From Solirubrobacteraceae bacterium (GTDB taxonomy: Bacteria; Actinomycetota; Thermoleophilia; Solirubrobacterales; Solirubrobacteraceae): 31,922 bases of DNA. The stretch is from positions 1 to 31,922 of the forward strand of contig DASZVK010000097.1 of assembly GCA_035547175.1 (NCBI GenBank), read 5' to 3'. The notes under the pieces are model-generated. The model was not told the origin of the DNA and ran no database searches. It worked only from the letters and a program-made list of their open reading frames with translations. The position numbers and the translations under genes were made by a program. Of the stretch, positions 26,738 to 31,922 are shown in pieces. Within the stretch, counting starts at the first letter, position 1. The number at the start of each line of letters is the position of its first letter.

Positions 26738-27072
26738 TGGCGCTCGACCTGCCGACCTGCGCCTCGTGCGGGCTCGCCGTCTTCCCGCCGCACCTGCTGT
26801 GCTCGCGCTGCGGCTCGGCCGAGTGGGCCTCGACGACCGTCGAGGCCGGCACGCTCGAGCGCGTCACGTTCGTGCGTCGCAGCCTGCAGCGAACCGCCTC
26901 CATCGGGACGCCGGCGATCGGCCTGGTCCGCACCGACCCGGGGCCGCGGATCGTCGTCCGCGTGCGCGGCGACGCGCAGCCCGGACAGGACGTCCGCCTC
27001 GACCTCGTCGACGGAGCGGTCGTCGCCTCGCCCCTCGAAGCGCCACCACCGACCAAGGAGGCCCCCAGTTGA
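26737..27072 (+). CDS. DUF35-type Zn-ribbon/OB-fold protein, 111 aa
   Basis: CASCG..FPP...CSRCGS double CxxC followed by an OB-like part; TGATG overlap with the thiolase. Confidence 0.85.
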   Translation: MALDLPTCASCGLAVFPPHLLCSRCGSAEWASTTVEAGTLERVTFVRRSLQRTASIGTPAIGLVRTDPGPRIVVRVRGDAQPGQDVRLDLVDGAVVASPLEAPPPTKEAPS

Positions 27073-28331
27073 GCACGACCACGGCGACGTCACCCATCGG
27101 CTCGCTCCCCGCGGTCGGCAGCGTCCCACGGCGCATGCACGCGATGGTCGTGCGCCAGGAGCGCTACGGCGAGCCGATCGACGCCTTCCAGGCAGAGGAG
27201 GTCGACGTCCCCGGGCTCGCTCCCGGGCAGGCGCTCGTGGGCGTGATGGCCGCCGGGATCAACTACAACAACGTCTGGGCCGCGCGCGGGACGCCGGTCG
27301 ACGTGATCGCCGTCCGCCAGCGCGCCGGCGAGCCCCACGACTTCCACATCGGCGGCTCGGACGCCTCCGGCGTCGTCTACGCCGTCGCGCCCGACGTGAC
27401 GAGCGTGGCGGTCGGCGACGAGGTCGTCCTCCACCACGGCTGGTGGGACGCCGACGACCCGTGGATCGCCGCCGGCCGCGACCCGATGACCGCGCCGTCC
27501 TCGCGCATCTGGGGCTACGAGACCAACTTCGGCGCCTTCGGCCAGTTCGCCGTCGTCCAGGCGCACCAGTGCATGCCGAAGGCGGCTCACCTCACCTGGG
27601 AGGAGGCGGCGGCGCCGAGCCTCGTCGGCACGACCGCCTACCGCATGCTCTTCGGCTGGCCGCCCAACACGGTGCGCGAGGGCGACGTCGTGCTCGTCTG
27701 GGGCGGCGCCGGCGGGCTCGGGACGCAGGCGATCCAGCTCGTCCGCCACGCGGGCGGGATCCCGGTCGCCGTGGCGTCCTCGGCGGAGTCCGGCGAGTAC
27801 TGCGTCTCGCTCGGCGCGGCCGGCTGGATCGACCGCACGCAGTTCAGCCACTGGGGCATGCCGCCGCACTGGGACGACGTCGCCGGCCAGAGGGAGTGGA
27901 CGGCGCAGGCGCGCGCGTTCGGCAAGGCGATCTGGGACGCCGTCGGCGAGCGCCGCAACCCGGCGATCGTCTTCGAGCATCCGGGCGAGGCCACGATCCC
28001 GACGTCGATCTTCGTCGCCGACAACGAGGGCATGGTCGTCATCTGCGCCGGGACGACCGGCTACTCGGCGGTCGTCGACCTGCGCTACCACTGGACGCGC
28101 CAGAAGCGCCTGCAGGGCTCGCACGGCACCAACGACGAGCAGGCCTACGCCTACAACGAGCTCGTGCGCGCCGGGGCGATCGACCCGGCGATGGCGCGCG
28201 TGCTGCCGTTCGAGGACATCCCGCGCGCCCACCAGGAGATGGCCGACGGCCGCGCCGGCGTCGGCAACACGTCGATCCTCGTCGGGGCCCCGGAGCCGGG
28301 CCTGGGCCGGTCCGCGCCGCGGCCGGCCTAG
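27069..28331 (+). CDS. ccr: Crotonyl-CoA carboxylase/reductase (enoyl-thioester carboxylating reductase), 420 aa
   Basis: [58 protein letters not shown]; AAGGAGG RBS before TTG. Confidence 0.9.
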   Translation: MSTTTATSPIGSLPAVGSVPRRMHAMVVRQERYGEPIDAFQAEEVDVPGLAPGQALVGVMAAGINYNNVWAARGTPVDVIAVRQRAGEPHDFHIGGSDASGVVYAVAPDVTSVAVGDEVVLHHGWWDADDPWIAAGRDPMTAPSSRIWGYETNFGAFGQFAVVQAHQCMPKAAHLTWEEAAAPSLVGTTAYRMLFGWPPNTVREGDVVLVWGGAGGLGTQAIQLVRHAGGIPVAVASSAESGEYCVSLGAAGWIDRTQFSHWGMPPHWDDVAGQREWTAQARAFGKAIWDAVGERRNPAIVFEHPGEATIPTSIFVADNEGMVVICAGTTGYSAVVDLRYHWTRQKRLQGSHGTNDEQAYAYNELVRAGAIDPAMARVLPFEDIPRAHQEMADGRAGVGNTSILVGAPEPGLGRSAPRPA

Positions 28332-28654
28332 GCGACGGGGTGCGGGACGCGCAGGCCCATGACGCGCTCGAGCAGGCCCGGCATCTCGTCCTCGATCTCG
28401 CGCAGGCGGGCGCGATAGTAGAAGTAGCGGCCCTCGCGACGGGTCTCGATCAATCCTGCCGCGTTGAGCATCTTGGTGTGGTAGGAGATCGTCGACTTGG
28501 CGATCGGGAAGTGGTCGTCGAAGACGCGGCAGCCGAGCTCGCCCGCCTCGACGATCATCTCGAACATCTCCATCCGCGTGGCGTCGCTGAGGGCGCTGAA
28601 CACCATCGACAGGCGCTGCCGCCGCGCCTCGTCGATCGGCCTCCTCGCCGGCAT
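28328..28654 (-). CDS. ArsR/SmtB-family transcriptional regulator, 108 aa
   Basis: [32 protein letters not shown] wHTH, MPGLL C-terminus; stops overlap with ccr on CTAG. Confidence 0.88.
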   Translation of the reverse strand: MPARRPIDEARRQRLSMVFSALSDATRMEMFEMIVEAGELGCRVFDDHFPIAKSTISYHTKMLNAAGLIETRREGRYFYYRARLREIEDEMPGLLERVMGLRVPHPVA

Positions 28655-28707
28655 GGCGCAAGTCTAGTCGCGGCGCGGCGCGAGCCGTGGGCGTTAGCCT
28701 CCCCGGC

Positions 28708-29289
28708 ATGCCGCTGATCCCCATGGTCGTCGAGCGCACCGCGCGCGGCGAGCGCGAGTACGACATCTACTCCCGGCTGCTCAACGAGCGGATCATCTTC
28801 CTGGGCACGGCCGTCGACGACCAGGTGGCCAACCTGATCGTGGCGCAGCTGCTGCATCTCGAGTCGGCCGACCCCGACAAGGACATCAGCCTCTACATCA
28901 ACTCGCCGGGCGGGTCGATCTACGCCGGCCTGGCGATCTACGACACGATGCGCTTCATCAAGCCCGACGTGCAGACGATCTGCTGCGGGATCGCGATGAG
29001 CATGGGCTCGCTGCTGCTGACCGGCGGCGCCAAGGGCAAGCGCTTCTCGCTGCCCAACTCGCGGATCCTGATCCACCAGCCGTCGGCCGGGTTCGAGGGC
29101 CAGTCGACCGACATCGAGATCCACGCCCGCGAGATCCTCAAGACGCGCGAGCGCATCGACGAGATCTACGCCGAGGCGACCGGCCAGTCGATCGAGCAGG
29201 TGCACTCCGACATGGAGCGCGACCGCTTCTTCACGCCCGAGCAGGCCGTCGAGTACGGCTTGATCGACAAGGTCATCAGCTCGCACTAG
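28708..29289 (+). CDS. clpP: ATP-dependent Clp protease proteolytic subunit, 193 aa
   Basis: [30 protein letters not shown], catalytic AMSMG / IHQP / ERD. Confidence 0.96.
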   Translation: MPLIPMVVERTARGEREYDIYSRLLNERIIFLGTAVDDQVANLIVAQLLHLESADPDKDISLYINSPGGSIYAGLAIYDTMRFIKPDVQTICCGIAMSMGSLLLTGGAKGKRFSLPNSRILIHQPSAGFEGQSTDIEIHAREILKTRERIDEIYAEATGQSIEQVHSDMERDRFFTPEQAVEYGLIDKVISSH

Positions 29290-29301
29290 GCGCTCCGCGC
29301 G

Positions 29302-29318
29302 GCGTCGGGCGCCGACGC
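29302..29318. terminator. Short GC hairpin between convergent clpP and FAH genes
   Basis: GCGTCGG-gcg-CCGACGC; weak support in such GC-rich DNA. Confidence 0.3.
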
Positions 29319-29393
29319 GCCCGCGACGCCCGCGGTGGCCGACGTCGAGCACGACTATCGGGCCGAACGTCGGCCACCCCCCGTGGGAGGCGG

Positions 29394-30182
29394 CTAGACG
29401 ATCCGGTGCTCGATCGCGCCGAGCTCGTCGACCTCGATCCGCACGATGTCGCCCGAGGCGAGATAACGCGGCGGGTCCATCGCATGGCCGACGCCCGACG
29501 GCGTGCCGGTCAGGACGAGCGCGCCGGGCTCGAGCGCGCAGGTCTCGCCGATGAACGAGACGAGACGCTCGACCGGGAAGATCAGGTCCTTCGTCGAGGC
29601 GTCCTGGCGCTGCTCGCCGTTCACCCACGTGCGCAGCCCGAGCGCGCCCGGGTCGGCGACCTCGTCGGCGGTCGTGATCCACGGCCCCCACGGGCACGAG
29701 GCGTCGAAGCCCTTGGCCCGCGACCACTGCTGCTCGGAGCCCTGCAGGTCGCGCGCGGACAGGTCGTTGGCGACGGCGTAGCCGGCGACCGCGCCGCCGG
29801 CGCCGATGACGACCGCCAGCTCGCCCTCGTAGTCGAGCTTGCCGCGCGCCGCCGCGGGCGGGTCGACCGGGTCGTTCGGCGCCACCGACGACGGCCCCAG
29901 CTTGAGGAACACCAGCGGCTTGGCCGGGGCGTCGCTGCCCATCTCGGCGATGTGCGCCCCGTAGTTGCGGCCGATGCAGAAGATCGCGGGCGGTCGCGGC
30001 ACCGGCGCCAGCAGGCGCACGTCGGCGAGCGCGCGCTCGGCGCCCGACGCGGGCGTGCGGTCCCCCGACGCCAGGCGGTCGAGCACGGTCGAGCCGTCGC
30101 CGAAGGCGACGACGGCGTCGCCGCGGACCTCGCCCCCGACGGGGACGTCCGAGCCGGGCGCGATGAAGGTGGCGAGACGCAT
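29394..30182 (-). CDS. Fumarylacetoacetate hydrolase family protein, 262 aa
   Basis: IFCIGRNY, LDYEGELAVVIG, NDLSARDLQ, KGFDASCPWGP, LTGTPSGVG. Confidence 0.93.
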   Translation of the reverse strand: MRLATFIAPGSDVPVGGEVRGDAVVAFGDGSTVLDRLASGDRTPASGAERALADVRLLAPVPRPPAIFCIGRNYGAHIAEMGSDAPAKPLVFLKLGPSSVAPNDPVDPPAAARGKLDYEGELAVVIGAGGAVAGYAVANDLSARDLQGSEQQWSRAKGFDASCPWGPWITTADEVADPGALGLRTWVNGEQRQDASTKDLIFPVERLVSFIGETCALEPGALVLTGTPSGVGHAMDPPRYLASGDIVRIEVDELGAIEHRIV

Positions 30183-30225
30183 GGCCGGACCCTATCCCAG
30201 CGGTTCGTGCGGGTACCGTGAGGGG

Positions 30226-30852
30226 GTGGGCCCAGCCGAGCTCGACCGTTCGCTGCGCGCCGCCGGGATCGTCGACGAGCGCGTGCTCGCCGCGATCGCC
30301 TCCGTGCCTCGCGATCGCTTCACCGGAGCGGCGCGCGCGCACGAGGCGTGGGCCGACCGCGCGCTCCCGATCAGCTGCGGCCAGACGATCTCGCAGCCGA
30401 CCGTCGTCGCGCGCATGTGCGAGCTGCTCGACGTCCGGCCGGGCGACCGCGTGCTCGACGTCGGCACGGGCTCGGGCTACCACGCCGCCGTGCTGGCGGC
30501 GCTCGGCGGCCGCGTGTGGGGCGTCGAGCGCCACCCCGAGCTCGCGCGGCGGGCGGCGCAGACGCTGGCCGAGCTGGGCATCGAGGACGTCGAGGTCGTC
30601 GCCGGGGACGGCATGCTCGGCCACCCGCCCGCCGCCCCCTACGACGCGATCAACGTCGCCGCGACGGCGACCGGCGACGTGCCGCCGGCGCTGCTCGACC
30701 AGCTCGCCCCGGGCGGGCGGCTGGTGGCGCCGGTGCGCGACGGCGGCGACGAGCGCCTCGTGCTCGTCGTGCGCGAGGCCGACGGCTCGCTGCGGCGCAC
30801 GCTCGCCGACCACGTGCGCTTCGTCCCGCTCGTCCCCGGCGAGCCGGGCTAG
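30226..30852 (+). CDS. pcm: Protein-L-isoaspartate(D-aspartate) O-methyltransferase, 208 aa
   Basis: VPRDRF, LPISCGQTISQP, VLDVGTGSGY, APYDAI, GGRLVAPV, VRFVPL. Confidence 0.92.
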   Translation: MGPAELDRSLRAAGIVDERVLAAIASVPRDRFTGAARAHEAWADRALPISCGQTISQPTVVARMCELLDVRPGDRVLDVGTGSGYHAAVLAALGGRVWGVERHPELARRAAQTLAELGIEDVEVVAGDGMLGHPPAAPYDAINVAATATGDVPPALLDQLAPGGRLVAPVRDGGDERLVLVVREADGSLRRTLADHVRFVPLVPGEPG

Positions 30853-31310
30853 GCCAGCGCGGCGACCAGCGCCGCGTCGAGCAGGTCCGAGCGGTCGTCG
30901 GGCAGCGCGCCGACCGGGAACCAGCGCGCCTCGGCGATCTCCGCGGGCTCGGCGGTCACGTCGCGGCTGTCGACGTCGACGCGGAAGACGCGGATCGTGT
31001 CGTGGCGGCCGTGGCTGCGTCGCCGGCGCTCGCCCAGGTCGGTGAAGCGCCCGCCGGTCACGCCGAGCTCCTCGCGCAGCTCGCGGCGCGCCGCCGTCTC
31101 GAAGTCCTCGCTCCTGCGCACGAAGCCGCCCGGCGCGTCCCAGTGCCGGCGTCCGTAGGCGTGGCGCACGAGCAACGCCTCGCCGTCGCGGACGAGCACG
31201 CACTTGACGCCGCGCGTATGCGGGCGCAGCGCCTGCGAGCCGACGACGAGCAGCGCGTGGACGACGCGGTAGCCCGCGCGGCGGACCCCGACCGGAAGGC
31301 GCTCGATCAC
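30849..31310 (-). CDS. NUDIX hydrolase, 153 aa
   Basis: Nudix box PGGFVRRSEDFETAARRELREELG, EIAEARWF. Confidence 0.88.
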   Translation of the reverse strand: MIERLPVGVRRAGYRVVHALLVVGSQALRPHTRGVKCVLVRDGEALLVRHAYGRRHWDAPGGFVRRSEDFETAARRELREELGVTGGRFTDLGERRRRSHGRHDTIRVFRVDVDSRDVTAEPAEIAEARWFPVGALPDDRSDLLDAALVAALA

Positions 31311-31420
31311 GTCCGGGCAGTCTCGCGCACCGCCGACGTGCGAGGGTTCCGGTAGCCCCGACGGCGGTCCGCCCCGCCGCCCGCGGGATGGGACGGCGAC
31401 ACGCAGGCGAGGAGGATCAG

Positions 31421-31922
31421 ATGAGCGACAACCCGCTGACCCGGCTGCTGGGCGTCGAGCACCCGATCGTGCTCGCCCCGTTCGGGGGCCTGTCGTCCGT
31501 CGAGCTGACCGCGACCGTCAGCGAGCTCGGCGGGCTGGGCTCCTACGGCCTCTACGGCTACGAGCCCGACCGCATCCTCGAGACCGTCGCGGCGCTGCGC
31601 GCGGCGACGTCGCGGCCGTTCGCGGTCAACCTCTGGCTGCCGACCGGCGACGAGGTCACGCCCGCCGACGGCGGGCTCGACGCGACGATCGCCGTCGTCG
31701 CGCCGTTCTTCGCCGAGCTGGGCGCGCCCGTCCCCGAGCCGCCGGCGGCGTACCTGCCCGACTTCGCCGCCCAGGCCGAGGCCGTGCTCGAGGCGCGGCC
31801 GGCGGCGCTCAGCTTCGTCTTCGGCGTCCCGCCCGCCGGCGTCGTCGACGCCGCGCGCGAGCGCGGCATCCGGATCGTCGGCACCGCCACCACCGTCGAG
31901 GAGGCGCTCGCCCTGGAGGCGG
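31421..31922 (+). CDS. Nitronate monooxygenase family protein (partial, runs off the right edge)
   Basis: MSDNPLTRLLGVEHPIVLAPFGG, GGLGS, PFAVNLW, SFVFGVP, GTATTVEEA; GAGGAGG RBS. Confidence 0.88.
   Translation, partial: MSDNPLTRLLGVEHPIVLAPFGGLSSVELTATVSELGGLGSYGLYGYEPDRILETVAALRAATSRPFAVNLWLPTGDEVTPADGGLDATIAVVAPFFAELGAPVPEPPAAYLPDFAAQAEAVLEARPAALSFVFGVPPAGVVDAARERGIRIVGTATTVEEALALEA

Noticed and set aside
29394-30182. FAH hydrolase as the gentisate-pathway step of the catabolic cluster
   Set aside because: It lies 10 kb away among housekeeping genes with its own leaderless promoter and no shared motif; FAH paralogs are ubiquitous.

Overview
Very GC-rich DNA with the gene style of Actinomycetota, plausibly class Thermoleophilia (inference from codon bias, protein style and frequent leaderless genes). 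Left part (219-19084): three same-strand transcription units forming an aromatic/N-heterocycle catabolic cluster. In order: luciferase-like monooxygenase, phytoene-dehydrogenase-like FAD oxidoreductase, TIM-barrel isomerase, LIV-type ABC transporter, cyclase-family hydrolase, IorA/IorB-type 2-oxoacid:ferredoxin oxidoreductase, PaaX regulator, bifunctional anthraniloyl/salicylyl-CoA monooxygenase-reductase, Rid protein, cupin, TesB thioesterase and a second LLM oxidoreductase. Best hypothesis: an indole/auxin/isatin-type route that makes 2-aminobenzoyl-CoA directly from isatinate, with no CoA ligase seen in the window. All three units are preceded by the same motif, TTGWCGWCSRTCA-N6-CGYTAT. Middle: SnoaL protein, PadR, a decayed NarL-type fragment at the 3' end of tRNA-Thr(GGT), DUF1810, USP-like protein, CatE-like VOC protein and tRNA-Tyr(GTA). 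Right part: RpoD-like sigma factor, MptA/FolE2, pgsA, an unusual operon of Cys-less thiolase-fold protein + DUF35 + crotonyl-CoA carboxylase/reductase with a convergent ArsR, then clpP, FAH hydrolase, pcm, NUDIX and a partial nitronate monooxygenase. No CRISPR, rRNA, integrase or transposase seen. All calls come from motif recognition by eye; no database search was run.
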